A stretch of 64,000 nucleotides of DNA from an uncultured Gemmatimonadales bacterium (GCA_963783305.1 CAWAMW010000015.1:320001-384000), one strand, 5' to 3'. Counted from the stretch's first letter, positions 1-10,096 are shown. Numbers and translations are program-made. The notes: a model not told the origin generated them from the sequence alone.

Positions 1-1737
1 CGCCGTCAGCAGCGCGGCCAGGCTGGTCCGACCGTACAACCAGTACCCCGTGGCGAAGAGTGCCGAATACACCGCCAGCACCCCCGCCGTCATGGCCAGG
101 ATCCCCCGCGGCACGGTCCAGTCCTCGGCGGGGTCCGTCGGCAGCGGCTCGCCGGCGGCGGCGGCCCGCTCCGCCACCACCCGCCACCCCGCCCCCCCGG
201 GCCGCGCGGTGCGGTAGAACCGGCGCAGCGTCGCCTCGTCCGTGGGGCGCGTCACGTACGTCACCGCGAGCCACGCGACCGTGGTGATCGCCACGCCGAT
301 GACCAGCCGGAACGACGAGTCGATGGCGAGTCCCGGGTAGAGCCGTGGCTGGATCAGCTCGAGCCAGAGCGCCACCAGGAAGCTGACCACCATGGCGGTG
401 ATCTCGCTGTACGCGTTGATCCGCCACCAGAACCAGCGGAGGATGAACAGGAGGCCTGTCCCGGCGCCGATCTGGAGCAGGATCTGGAAGGCCTGGAGCG
501 CGTTGCGGAGCCAGAGCGCGAGCACGGCGGCGAGGACCATGAGCAGCACGGTCGTGACGCGGCCCACGGTGACCAGCGTCCGCTCGCTCGCGTCGGGGCT
601 CACGAACCGGTGCCAGAAGTCGTGCACCACGTAGCTGGAACCCCAGTTCAGGTGCGTGGACATCGTCGACATGTAGGCCGCGGCCAGCGAGGCCACCACC
701 AGGCCCAGAAGGCCCGACGGCAGGAACGTGAGCATGGCGGGGTACGCCAGGTCGTGGCCCAGGATTGCGTCGCTCACGCCGGGGAACGCGACCTGGATCG
801 ACTCCAGCGTCGGGAACACCACCAGCGACGCGAGCCCCACCAGGATCCACGGCCATGGCCGGAGCGCGTAATGGGCGATGTTGAAGAAGAGGGTCGCCGC
901 GGTGGCGTCCGTCTCGTCGCGCGCGCTCAGCATCCGCTGCGCGATGTACCCGCCGCCCCCCGGCTCCGCGCCCGGATACCACACGCTCCACCACTGGACC
1001 GCCAGCGGGATCACCAGCACCGCGAGGAACGACGACGGGTCGGAGAAGTCCGGCAGGAGCGACAGCTTTCCGGCGACGGCCTCGCTTGCCAGCAGCCCAT
1101 CGAGACCGCCCACGGCCGGGTGCCGCACCGCCACCACCGCGGCGGCGACGGAGCCGAACATGGCGGTGATGAACAGCAGGAAGTCGGTCAGGAGCACGCC
1201 CGTCAGCCCACCCAGTGCGCTGAACGCCACCGTCACGCCGCCGGCCACCAGCAGCGTCATGACCGGCGGGACCCCGAGCAGCACGCCGGCGATCTTGATG
1301 GCGGCCAGCGAGACCGTCGCCATGATCATGACGTTGAAGAAGACGCCCAGGTAGAGCGCCCGGAACCCGCGGAGGAACGCCGCCGGCCGACCCCCGTAGC
1401 GGATCTCGTAGAACTCCAGGTCGGTCATGACGCCGGCCCGGCGCCAGAGCTTGGCGTAGACGAACACCGTCAGCATCCCCGTCAGCAGGAACGCCCACCA
1501 GACCCAGTTCCCGGAGACTCCGTCCTGGCGGACGATGTCGGTGACCAGGTTCGGCGTGTCGGTGGAGAACGTCGTCGCCACCATGGAGACGCCGAGCAGC
1601 CACCACGGCATGTTGCGGCCGGAGAGGAAGAACTGCTTCGTGTCCCGGCCGGCGCGCCGCGCGGCCCAGACACCGATCGCCAGGGCCGCCGCGAAGTAGA
1701 GGCCCAGGATCCACCAGTCGAGGGGGGATAGTCGCAT
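1..1737 (-). CDS. Sodium:solute symporter (SSS) family transporter; 3' end runs off the window
   Basis: Manual translation from ATG 1737: MRLSPLDWWILGLYF...QFFLSGRNMPWWLLGVSMVATTFSTDTPNLVT, a typical SSS N-terminus followed by many TM segments. Absent from the ORF track because no stop lies in the window. Confidence 0.9.
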   Translation of the reverse strand, partial: MRLSPLDWWILGLYFAAALAIGVWAARRAGRDTKQFFLSGRNMPWWLLGVSMVATTFSTDTPNLVTDIVRQDGVSGNWVWWAFLLTGMLTVFVYAKLWRRAGVMTDLEFYEIRYGGRPAAFLRGFRALYLGVFFNVMIMATVSLAAIKIAGVLLGVPPVMTLLVAGGVTVAFSALGGLTGVLLTDFLLFITAMFGSVAAAVVAVRHPAVGGLDGLLASEAVAGKLSLLPDFSDPSSFLAVLVIPLAVQWWSVWYPGAEPGGGGYIAQRMLSARDETDATAATLFFNIAHYALRPWPWILVGLASLVVFPTLESIQVAFPGVSDAILGHDLAYPAMLTFLPSGLLGLVVASLAAAYMSTMSTHLNWGSSYVVHDFWHRFVSPDASERTLVTVGRVTTVLLMVLAAVLALWLRNALQAFQILLQIGAGTGLLFILRWFWWRINAYSEITAMVVSFLVALWLELIQPRLYPGLAIDSSFRLVIGVAITTVAWLAVTYVTRPTDEATLRRFYRTARPGGAGWRVVAERAAAAGEPLPTDPAEDWTVPRGILAMTAGVLAVYSALFATGYWLYGRTSLAALLTA

Positions 1738-1947
1738 GGGTCGGCAATGTCGCGGACGGTCGGGGGGCACGCAACGGGCTCCTGGGTCCATGCGGTCCAT
1801 GCGGTCCGGGTATGGCCGAGGCGGTCCGGGAAGGCATTACATCTGTTCCGCCGGCTGTCGCCGCGCCCGACCACGTCTTGCGGCCATCGTACCGAGGGAC
1901 GAACGTTCGTGGGCAGAGGCCTCGATCAACTTTCTGACGGGATAGAG

Positions 1948-4098
1948 ATGATGCTCGCGCTCGACCACAGCCGCCGCCTCGGCGCGGCCCTTGTCCTGGC
2001 CGCTCTGGGATCCGCCGCGCCCGCCGCCGGCCAGACGCAGATCGACACCATCCCGGGCCCGCTCGACCTCGGGAAGATGTGGACGTACGAGTACGCGCCC
2101 ACGGAGTACTTCACCGAGACGTACGGGTTCGACGCCGACCAGGCGTGGTTCGATCGCGTGCGGATGAGCGTGCTGCGGATCCCCGGCTGCTCGGCGTCGT
2201 TCGTGTCGCCGAACGGGCTGGTGGCCACAAACCACCACTGCGTCCGCGGCCGCATCCCCGCGGTGGCGCGCGAGGGCGAGAACCTGCTGGATGACGGCTT
2301 CTACGCGACGAGCGTCACGGAGGAGCGCAGGATCCCGAATTACTACGCGGACCGGCTGCTGGCGGCCCTCGATGTGACCGACGAGATCACCGAGGCCAGC
2401 GACGCGGTCGAGAGCGGGGCTGCGCGGCGCGCGGCGCGGGAAGCGGCCATTGCGCGGGTGCGCGAGCGGCTGGCGGACGAGTACGGCGCGGGCACTCATG
2501 TCGAGGTGCGGGCGCTCTACCACGGCGGCCGCTACTCGGCGTACGTCTTCCGTCGCTTCACCAATGTGCGGCTGGTCGCCGCGGCGGAGCTCCAGCTGGG
2601 GTTCTTCGGGGGCGATGCGGACAATTTCACCTATCCCCGCTACGCCCTCGACTTCGCCTTCCTGCGCGTCTATGACGACGAGGGTCGCCCGTTCGCCAGC
2701 GACCAGCACCTGGGCTGGAGCCTGGAGGGCGTCTCGGAGGGGAGCGCCGTCTTCGTCGTGGGGAACCCCGGCCCCACCAGCCGGCTCCTGACCATGGCGC
2801 AGCTGGAGGTCATGCGCGATGTCGTCACCCCGGCCACCGTCCGAGCGCTGGACGAGCGGCTGGACGCCATGCGCGCGTTCTATGAGGCCAACCCGGAGAC
2901 CGGCGAGGCCATGGACCTCCGCAACACAATGTTCGGGTTCTCCAACTCGCTGAAGGCCTACACCGGTCGGATGGAGGCGCTCCGGAACCCCGACATCTGG
3001 ACGCGGAAGCGGCTCTCCGAAGAGGCGTTCCGTGAGGCGCTCGAGCAGGACCCGGAGCTCCGGAGCGAGTTCGCGGGCGTTTTCGATGAGATGGCACGGA
3101 TCCAGGCGGCCAAAACCGATCTCGCCGACCGCTATGGCGCCTTCCGGATCGTCAGCAGCTCCATCGCCTCCCCAGCCCTGCTGCGGCGGGCGGCCCTCGC
3201 CGCGCAGATGCTGGAGACCCGCGCTGCGGGTCGCGACGGGGAGGCCGACAGCCTGGCCGCGCGGCTCGCCGACGTCCCGGACCTCCCCGTCGATCTGGAG
3301 CACGCCATGCTGGCGATCCAGCTGGGCGATTTCCTGCGCTACCTGGGCACGGAGAGCAGCGTTGTGCAGACGGGGCTGCAGGGGATGACCCCCGACGAGG
3401 CCGCGACCGCGCTCCTGTCGGCCAGCGCCCTCGCCGATCAGGCCGGCACCGGGCGGGCGCTCGAGGCGGGCGCGCTCGAGCAGGACGCCGCCGTGCGGCT
3501 GGCCCGCCAGGTGACCCCGCTGCTCGATGAGTTCGAGATGGAGTGGGCTCGGCTCTCCGCCGAGGAGCAGGAGCTGGCCGGCGAGCTGGGCCGCGCCCGG
3601 TTCGCGGTGTACGGCACCAATGTGCCGCCCGACGCCACATCGTCGCCCCGCATCACCGATGGCGTCGTCCTGCCGTACGAGTACAACGGGACCATCGCAC
3701 CCGTGTACACGACCTTCTTCGGCATGTACGACCACTACTATTCCTACGGACCGGACTCCGAGTGGGACCTCCCCGCCCGCTGGATCCCGGCCCCCGCGGG
3801 TCTCGACCTGGACACGCCACTCAACTTCATCTCCACTTCCGACACCTACGGCGGCAACTCCGGCTCGCCGGCCATCACGACGGACGTGAAGATGGTGGGG
3901 CTCAACTTCGACCGGAACATCGAGGGGCTGAGCCGCGACTTCATCTACCTTCCCGAGCAGGGCCGCAATATCATGGTGGACGTGCGGGCCATCACGGAAG
4001 CCCTCGATGACGTCTATGACGCCGATCGCATCGTGGAGGAGTTGATCACCGGGCGCCTGATCGCCCGGGAGGCCGACGCCGACGAGTCCGTCCGATGA
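1948..4098 (+). CDS. S46 family dipeptidyl peptidase, exported
   Basis: Signal peptide, GKMWT, CSASFVSPNGLVATNHHC, GGDADNFTYPRY, catalytic GGNSGSP and GLNFDRN motifs. Start moved to ATG 1948. Confidence 0.92.
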   Translation: MMLALDHSRRLGAALVLAALGSAAPAAGQTQIDTIPGPLDLGKMWTYEYAPTEYFTETYGFDADQAWFDRVRMSVLRIPGCSASFVSPNGLVATNHHCVRGRIPAVAREGENLLDDGFYATSVTEERRIPNYYADRLLAALDVTDEITEASDAVESGAARRAAREAAIARVRERLADEYGAGTHVEVRALYHGGRYSAYVFRRFTNVRLVAAAELQLGFFGGDADNFTYPRYALDFAFLRVYDDEGRPFASDQHLGWSLEGVSEGSAVFVVGNPGPTSRLLTMAQLEVMRDVVTPATVRALDERLDAMRAFYEANPETGEAMDLRNTMFGFSNSLKAYTGRMEALRNPDIWTRKRLSEEAFREALEQDPELRSEFAGVFDEMARIQAAKTDLADRYGAFRIVSSSIASPALLRRAALAAQMLETRAAGRDGEADSLAARLADVPDLPVDLEHAMLAIQLGDFLRYLGTESSVVQTGLQGMTPDEAATALLSASALADQAGTGRALEAGALEQDAAVRLARQVTPLLDEFEMEWARLSAEEQELAGELGRARFAVYGTNVPPDATSSPRITDGVVLPYEYNGTIAPVYTTFFGMYDHYYSYGPDSEWDLPARWIPAPAGLDLDTPLNFISTSDTYGGNSGSPAITTDVKMVGLNFDRNIEGLSRDFIYLPEQGRNIMVDVRAITEALDDVYDADRIVEELITGRLIAREADADESVR

Positions 4099-4132
4099 CA
4101 CTGGACGCATCCACGTACTTCAGGAGGACCGC

Positions 4133-4555
4133 ATGACCCGACGCCTGACTTGCCTGACGACCCTCGGCCTCGCGTTCGGACTGGCCCTCGCCGGCTGCGG
4201 GGACATGCCCGCGGACGACCGCGCGCCCGCCGAGGCGCAGGCGCCGGCCGGCTCGCAGGGATCCGCCGCCGTCGCAGAGGCGAGTCGGGAGATCCTGTAT
4301 GTGGATGTGCGGTCACCGGAGGAGTTCGCGGCCGGGCACGTGGAGGGCGCCATCAACATCCCGCACACGGAGATGCGGGAGCGGTACGCGGAGCTGGAGC
4401 CGTACGCGGACCGGCAGCTCGTTCTCTACTGCCGGAGCGGCCGCCGCTCCGGGATCGCCATGGACATCCTGGAGGAGGAGGGCTTCACCGGCCTGGTGAA
4501 CGCCGGTGGGCTGCGGGACCTGGAGGCGCAGGGCGTGCCCACGACCGGCTCCTGA
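4133..4555 (+). CDS. Rhodanese-like domain lipoprotein
   Basis: Lipobox LAGC; DVRSPEEFAAGHVEGAINIP and LYCRSGRRS; AGGAGG RBS upstream. Confidence 0.9.
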   Translation: MTRRLTCLTTLGLAFGLALAGCGDMPADDRAPAEAQAPAGSQGSAAVAEASREILYVDVRSPEEFAAGHVEGAINIPHTEMRERYAELEPYADRQLVLYCRSGRRSGIAMDILEEEGFTGLVNAGGLRDLEAQGVPTTGS

Positions 4556-4585
4556 CCGGAGCCCGTCATGGGCGCCCCGGCGGCG

Positions 4586-5059
4586 CTACAGCTCCTGGAC
4601 GATCTCGTAGCTGGCGGCAATGGTGAGGGCGTCCTCGCCCACCGCCAGCGCCGCGTCCGGGAGCATGGTGGCGCGCACCGCCTCCCGGCGCAGGAACCAG
4701 CCCGCGTAGGAGCCGACCACCGCTGCAATCGCGCCCACCACCGCGCCGAGCGCCCGATCGTCCTCGCCCGCCGCGAGTGCGCCGACCACACCGCCCAGGA
4801 CCCCGCGCCCAAAGAGCGGCGCGGGCGATACGCGGGCGGGGATCCCCGGCAGCTTGTCGGCCACCAGCTCGCCCAGCGCCATCGCGCTCAGCGTGACCGC
4901 CACCATGTCCCGGGCCAGCCACTCCTCCAGCCGACTGGCGTGCCGGGGCAGACGGGGCCGGTCCGACAGCTCCCGCGAGACCATGGCGATCGGGGTCATG
5001 CTGCGCATCCCGGTCGCCAATCCGAGCCCGGCGGCCATGGCCAGCCTGTCGCTCCTCAT
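4586..5059 (-). CDS. Membrane protein, DUF4126-like
   Basis: GLATGMRSMTP and GELVADKLPGIPAR motifs; ATG 5059 overlaps the upstream stop (ATGA); AAGGAGG RBS. Confidence 0.7.
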   Translation of the reverse strand: MRSDRLAMAAGLGLATGMRSMTPIAMVSRELSDRPRLPRHASRLEEWLARDMVAVTLSAMALGELVADKLPGIPARVSPAPLFGRGVLGGVVGALAAGEDDRALGAVVGAIAAVVGSYAGWFLRREAVRATMLPDAALAVGEDALTIAASYEIVQEL

Positions 5060-5748
5060 GAAGCCTCCTTTTCGTCGTTGATACGTGCCGGACCCGCATG
5101 CAGCAGCGCTCCCGGGGGCTCCGGCACCGGACGCCCGGACTGCAGCAGGTGACGCAGCCGCGCGTGCGCCCGGCGCACCCACCGGTGCTGGTAATGGACC
5201 CCGAGCAGGCCGAAGCCGATCCGGCTCCAATGGTTCGGGAAGTCGCCCGGCTTCCACTCCGCCGCGATCCGGAATCGCACGTCGCCCGTGGCGTGCGACT
5301 TCGTCAGCAGAAACCACTCCCAGCCCCGCTCGATATGACCCTGTAGCGTGTCGTAGCGGTAGCCGAACACCGTCTCCGCGTGGGTGCTCTCCTCACGCAC
5401 CGCACCTACCACCGTCCCCGCCAGGAACCGGAGGCCGAGCACCTTCATCTCCAGCAGCATCCGCCGGCCCGCAAGCGGCGCGGCGGGGTCCAGGTGCACC
5501 GTCACGATGCGGGGATCGGAAAACTCGTACCGCACCACGGCCTCCCGCGCCCGCTCGAACGCGCCACCCGGCGCCGGCGGGCCCGCTCCCTCCCGCGCCA
5601 CCGTCGTCTCCGACTCGTGGCTCCGCCACCCATGCTCCGCATCCTTCGGCTCCGCCGGATCGAAGTTCCGCTCCAGGTCGTCCAGCGCGCGCAGCCGCAG
5701 CACCAGCCCCTCCTCCTTCCAGCCCCTGCCGAACCGCCACTCCGCCAC
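5056..5748 (-). CDS. DUF1990 family protein
   Basis: FGYRYDTLQGHIERGWEWF resembles the DUF1990 GFxYxTLxGHxExGxE motif. Confidence 0.75.
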   Translation of the reverse strand: MAEWRFGRGWKEEGLVLRLRALDDLERNFDPAEPKDAEHGWRSHESETTVAREGAGPPAPGGAFERAREAVVRYEFSDPRIVTVHLDPAAPLAGRRMLLEMKVLGLRFLAGTVVGAVREESTHAETVFGYRYDTLQGHIERGWEWFLLTKSHATGDVRFRIAAEWKPGDFPNHWSRIGFGLLGVHYQHRWVRRAHARLRHLLQSGRPVPEPPGALLHAGPARINDEKEAS

Positions 5749-5749
5749 G

Positions 5750-6334
5750 TCAGTCCCCCTCCGCCACGTACGTTGGCGCGTCCATGCCCCTGTCCCCCGG
5801 CTCCTCGTGCGTCCGCCGCTTCTCCGCGTGCACCGCCCCCACCACCCCGGCGGCCACCGAGGCGGCCAGGCGGTTCACGAACCCGCCCCACGTTCCGGTC
5901 TGCATCGCGTCGCCGGCGAACAGGAACCCCGCCAGCTGCGTCGCCGACCCGGCCTTCGCGCGGCTCCGGATGTGGAAGACCACATCGCCCCACTGGTTCC
6001 GGTACGCGCCGAAGGTGATCCGTCCCGCCTCCGGGTGCCCCTCGAGCGTTGCGAGCGTGAGGGAGTTCCGCCCCTTGTGCACAACACGCACAGCGAACGT
6101 GCCCGCCAGCCGTATGTCCACATCCAGCTCATCGCCCACCTCCAGCTCCCCCGCCCCGGTCTCGCCAGCGCGGCGCCGGAACGTCACCAGCGACGGCGGC
6201 GCCAGGTCCTCGAAATGCCGCGCCACCGCCGCAACCACACCGGCCGGCCCTGCGCGCGGCTCGTCGAGCACCGCCCAGTAGTCCCGCTCCAGCAGCTTTC
6301 CCTTCCCCCGTCGCGGCGCCTGCACGTCTTTCAT
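5750..6334 (-). CDS. DUF1990-like protein
   Basis: LATLEGHPEAGRITF motif; start assigned to MKDVQ at 6334; 1 bp from the next gene. Confidence 0.7.
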   Translation of the reverse strand: MKDVQAPRRGKGKLLERDYWAVLDEPRAGPAGVVAAVARHFEDLAPPSLVTFRRRAGETGAGELEVGDELDVDIRLAGTFAVRVVHKGRNSLTLATLEGHPEAGRITFGAYRNQWGDVVFHIRSRAKAGSATQLAGFLFAGDAMQTGTWGGFVNRLAASVAAGVVGAVHAEKRRTHEEPGDRGMDAPTYVAEGD

Positions 6335-6507
6335 CGACCCCTCTCCCTTCCATCCTCCGCGCGCGGTCACTCCTTCGCTCCATTCCAGAAGCCCGTCGCA
6401 AGATCCACCCCGCCAGCCGCTGGCATTCCGCTTGCCCCCCCGGTCCTGGTGCAGAGGCTCGAGCCGACAGCCCGCGCCCAACCAGCTCCACGGCCAGGAC
6501 GATCGCC

Positions 6508-6798
6508 ATGCCCGAGACCGACACGAACCCCGCCGCCGACCGCGAGGACGCGTATCATCCCGCTCCCGTGGTGCGGGACGAGCACAGTGAGCCCACCTTC
6601 ACCCGGGTGATCGAGCAGCAGACCGCCCGCGTCCCGTCCCACTGGTTCCTGCTCGCCGCCTTTGCCGCCATGGCCGCGTCCCTGGCCAGTGAGGTCTTCG
6701 GCAAGCGTCGCTGGGGCCGCTTCATAGGTATGTGGGTCTCGCCACTGCTGATCACCGGCGTGTACAACAAGCTGGTAAAGGCATTTGGACCGAGGTAG
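6508..6798 (+). CDS. Small membrane hypothetical protein
   Basis: 96 aa, two hydrophobic segments, GC3-biased codons, fits the gap between genes. Confidence 0.7.
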   Translation: MPETDTNPAADREDAYHPAPVVRDEHSEPTFTRVIEQQTARVPSHWFLLAAFAAMAASLASEVFGKRRWGRFIGMWVSPLLITGVYNKLVKAFGPR

Positions 6799-6848
6799 CA
6801 GCACCGCTTACGTTCACAGATCCTGGTCATGGACCAACCGCAGACCTC

Positions 6849-6998
6849 CTGTGAACTGTGAACTGTGTCCTGTGAATTTCTGTGAACTGTGAACTGTCTA
6901 CTGTGAACTGTCTCCTGTGAACTGTGTCCTGTGAACTGTGTCCTGTGAACTGTGAACTGTCTCCTGTGACCTGTCTCCCGTGACCTGCCTCCTGTTCC
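6849..6998 (+). repeat. Heptamer tandem repeat, about 21 units of CTGTGAA/CTGTGTC/CTGTCTC
   Basis: 7-bp periodicity read directly, with one 3-bp TTT interruption at 6877-6879 and decay at the 3' end. Confidence 0.95.
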
Positions 6999-7015
6999 CG
7001 TTGTCCCGTTGATCC

Positions 7016-7438
7016 ATGCTCGACACCTACCCCCATCCTCCGCTCTCGCGCATGCTCGCCCGCGCGTCGCTTCGCCGCTGCCCTCTCTGCGGGTCCGGCG
7101 ATCTCTACAGCGGGTGGGTGGAGCCGCGGGGTGCCTGCCCGCGCTGCCAGCTGAAGCTGGACCGCGGCGAGGGTGATTTCTTCCTTGGGGGGTTCACACT
7201 CAACTTCATCGCGGTGGAGCTGCTGCTCGTGGGATTCCTGCTGGCGAGCGTGCTCCTGACGTGGCCGGCGGTGCCGTGGGACGCGCTGCTGTGGATCGCC
7301 GCGCCGCTGGTGGTGCTCGCGCCCATCGTCCTCTACCCGGTCACCCGCACGATCTGGCTGGCCATCGACCTCTCCATGCGACCGCCGGGCCCGGCCGACT
7401 TCCCGGAGCCCGGCAGCGATCGACCGCGGGTATCCTGA
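7016..7438 (+). CDS. DUF983 family protein (zinc ribbon plus 2 TM)
   Basis: RCPLCGSGDLY...CPRCQL followed by two hydrophobic helices. Confidence 0.8.
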   Translation: MLDTYPHPPLSRMLARASLRRCPLCGSGDLYSGWVEPRGACPRCQLKLDRGEGDFFLGGFTLNFIAVELLLVGFLLASVLLTWPAVPWDALLWIAAPLVVLAPIVLYPVTRTIWLAIDLSMRPPGPADFPEPGSDRPRVS

Positions 7439-7445
7439 AGCCCGC

Positions 7446-8069
7446 CTACTCGCCCACAATGGCGTGGGAGAGAGCGTCCTGCGACAGCTCCACGCGCTCG
7501 CCGTTCACGTGCACGGTGGCGCCCGTGTCGTGGAGCTGGCTCCACAGCCAGTTGGAGAGCACGGCGCCGGTGTTGCGGGAGCCGAACCGAAGCGCCAGGT
7601 AGTGGGCATCGCCGTCCCCGGCGCCCTCGTAGACCACGATGCCGGCGTCCGGCACCTCCCGTATGGCGCCGGGCCGCAGCGAGCTCGCACCCATGAGCAT
7701 CTCGATCGTCCCGGCGGGGATGCGGGACACCTTCATTCGCGGACCTGACGCTTCGGGGATCGACGGCTCATCCGCGGCATCCGGGGCGCCGGGCTCCATC
7801 GACCGCTCCCTCTCCGCGCCGCGTCGGGCCCGCGCGAGGGCGCCCTCCAGGTAGAAGTAGGTCAGCCCCTTGGCCCAGTAGAGGAGGTCGGGGCGGTTCG
7901 GCTGCGTCGTCTCCCGCTCCGTCTCCAGCAGATGGTCCGACGCGTCCCTGAACCGGATCCAGCCCACCCAGGTGCCGTCCGGCCGCTCGGCGCCCAGGAC
8001 GCGGGCGATCCAGCTCGATCCGTCCGCGTCCTCAATGCTGTTCTCGAACTCCAGCAGCTCCTCGGCCAT
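7446..8069 (-). CDS. Hypothetical protein
   Basis: Start MAEELLEF after a GGAGG RBS; DGTWVGWIRF...ETTQPNR segment; coding-like codon bias. Confidence 0.7.
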   Translation of the reverse strand: MAEELLEFENSIEDADGSSWIARVLGAERPDGTWVGWIRFRDASDHLLETERETTQPNRPDLLYWAKGLTYFYLEGALARARRGAERERSMEPGAPDAADEPSIPEASGPRMKVSRIPAGTIEMLMGASSLRPGAIREVPDAGIVVYEGAGDGDAHYLALRFGSRNTGAVLSNWLWSQLHDTGATVHVNGERVELSQDALSHAIVGE

Positions 8070-8233
8070 GACCCTTCCTCCCTCCGGGGTTTGGAGGACG
8101 GCCGCCCGGCCAGCGGGCGCGCCGCCGCCATGGCAGCAAGCGCAACGGACGTGCCCCGACGGCCCTCCCCGGATCCCGGCTGGAACAGAACCTGCCCGTG
8201 GGAGCCACCATACTCGAACAGGAGAGAGCTGTA

Positions 8234-9073
8234 ATGAGGGAGGCCGGCAGCAGCAGCATGGATCGGGCGGGGAATGCCGCGGACGCGGCCGCCCAAGAGG
8301 CGGCGCCGTGGGTGGAGAAGCTCGCACGGCTCGGCTACGCGGCGAAGGGCGTGGTGTACATCCTCGTGGGCGGCCTGGCCGTGTCCTGGGCCCTCGGGAT
8401 GGGTGGAGGGACCACGGGGTCCAGCGGGGCGCTGGCCAGTATCTCGGACTCGACGGTGGGGCGGATCGCGCTCGGCCTCATCGCGCTCGGGCTCGCGGGC
8501 TACGTGGTCTGGGGGCTCGTGCGGGCGTTCCGGAACCCCGAGAACGAGGGCACCGGCCACCGCATCTTCTTCGGCATCACCGCGCTGATCTACGCGTTCC
8601 TGGCGGTGGAGGCCGCGCGGCTGGCGGTCGGCGGGGGGGGCGGCAGCGGCGGCGGGGGCGGCAGCGCCAGCCACTGGTCGGCGCAGGCGATGCAGCAGCC
8701 GTTCGGACGCTGGCTCGTGGCGGCCGCGGGTGTGGCGATCGCCATTTACGGGATCCAGCAGCTCATCAACGCGTGGCGGGTCGACCTGGACGATCAGCTG
8801 GCGCTCGGTCGGATGTCCACCGAGGGCCGGAAATGGGCGGTCAGGAGTGGCCGGCTCGGTCTGGCGGCGCGGGGAGTGGTCTTCGTCATCATCTCCTACT
8901 ACGTGGTCAAGGCTGCGCTCGAAGCCACCCCCGGTCACGCCCGGGGCATCGACGGAGTGCTGGGCTCCATGCGGGACACGCCGTGGCTTCTGGGACTGGT
9001 GGCGCTCGGGCTGCTGGCGTACGGCGTCTACAACGTGATCCGTGCCCGCTACCGGGTGATCAAGCCCCGGTAG
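8234..9073 (+). CDS. DUF1206 family membrane protein
   Basis: Repeated ARLGYAAKGVVY / GRLGLAARGVVF units. Confidence 0.85.
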   Translation: MREAGSSSMDRAGNAADAAAQEAAPWVEKLARLGYAAKGVVYILVGGLAVSWALGMGGGTTGSSGALASISDSTVGRIALGLIALGLAGYVVWGLVRAFRNPENEGTGHRIFFGITALIYAFLAVEAARLAVGGGGGSGGGGGSASHWSAQAMQQPFGRWLVAAAGVAIAIYGIQQLINAWRVDLDDQLALGRMSTEGRKWAVRSGRLGLAARGVVFVIISYYVVKAALEATPGHARGIDGVLGSMRDTPWLLGLVALGLLAYGVYNVIRARYRVIKPR

Positions 9074-9097
9074 CCGGGCGGTCGACGGTGGGTCTAC

Positions 9098-10096
9098 CTA
9101 CCAGCGGATGGCGGCGCTGGCCCAGGTAAAGCCGCTGCCGAAGGCCGTCAGGACCAGCAGGTCGCCGCGCTCGAGCAGGCCCCGGTCCGCGGCCTCGTCC
9201 ATGGCAATGGGGATGGTGGCCGCGGTGGTGTTGCCGTAGCGCTGGATGTTGTTGTAGACCTTGTCGTCGGAGAGGCCGAGCTTCTTTGCGACCATCTCGT
9301 TGATCCGCAGGTTGGCCTGGTGCGCGATCAGAAGGTCGATGTCCTCCAGGCCGAGACCGTTGTGCTCCAGCGCCGCTTCCACCGATTGAGGCATGCGGAC
9401 GACGGCGTTCTTGAACACCTCGCGCCCTTCCATGATCGGGTAGTGCCGGCCTGCCGCCAGGTCCTCGGCGGTCAGGCGCGGGCTGCGGGCCCCTCCCTCT
9501 GCCTCCACCCACAGCTTCTCGGCGCCCCGGCCGTCGGCAAAGAGGTGCGTGGAGAGCACACCGCGCCCCTCCTCCTCCGTGGCGCCCAGGATCACGGCGC
9601 CGGCGCCATCGCCGAACAGCACGCCCACGTCGCGGCCGGCGGGGCTGTAGTCGAGACCCGTGGAGTGGACCTCCGCGCCCACCAGGAGGATGCGCCGGTA
9701 CTGACCGGACCGGATCCACCCATCGGCCACCGACAACCCGTAGATGAAGCCGGTGCACTGGTTCCGCACGTCCAGGGCCGGGATCCCGCGCAGGCCCAGC
9801 TTCCGCTGGAGGAACACGCCGCCGCCCGGGAAGAAGTGGTCGGGGCTGAGCGTCGCGAAGACGATGCAGTCGATCTCCGATGCCTCCATTCCCGCCCGCT
9901 CCAGCGCGCGCTCCGTCGCCTTCAGCGCCAGGTCGGAGCCCGCCTCCACGCCGCCCTCCACCCAGTGCCTGCGCTCGATCCCCGTCCGCTCGCGGATCCA
10001 TTCGTCCGACGTGTCCCACCACTCCCGCAGATCGTCGTTCGTCACCACCCGCTCGGGGACGTGGAATCCGGTGCTGATGATCTCTGTGCGTGGCAT
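9098..10096 (-). CDS. fabH: 3-oxoacyl-ACP synthase III
   Basis: WIRERTGI, NQCTGF catalytic Cys, FGDGAGA, HQANLRI, GNTTAATIP, FGSGFTW. Confidence 0.95.
   Translation of the reverse strand: MPRTEIISTGFHVPERVVTNDDLREWWDTSDEWIRERTGIERRHWVEGGVEAGSDLALKATERALERAGMEASEIDCIVFATLSPDHFFPGGGVFLQRKLGLRGIPALDVRNQCTGFIYGLSVADGWIRSGQYRRILLVGAEVHSTGLDYSPAGRDVGVLFGDGAGAVILGATEEEGRGVLSTHLFADGRGAEKLWVEAEGGARSPRLTAEDLAAGRHYPIMEGREVFKNAVVRMPQSVEAALEHNGLGLEDIDLLIAHQANLRINEMVAKKLGLSDDKVYNNIQRYGNTTAATIPIAMDEAADRGLLERGDLLVLTAFGSGFTWASAAIRW

Noticed and set aside
6827..7459. ORF with HSSQFT-like peptide repeats
   Set aside because: Translation artefact of the heptamer repeat; it lies antisense to the DUF983 gene.
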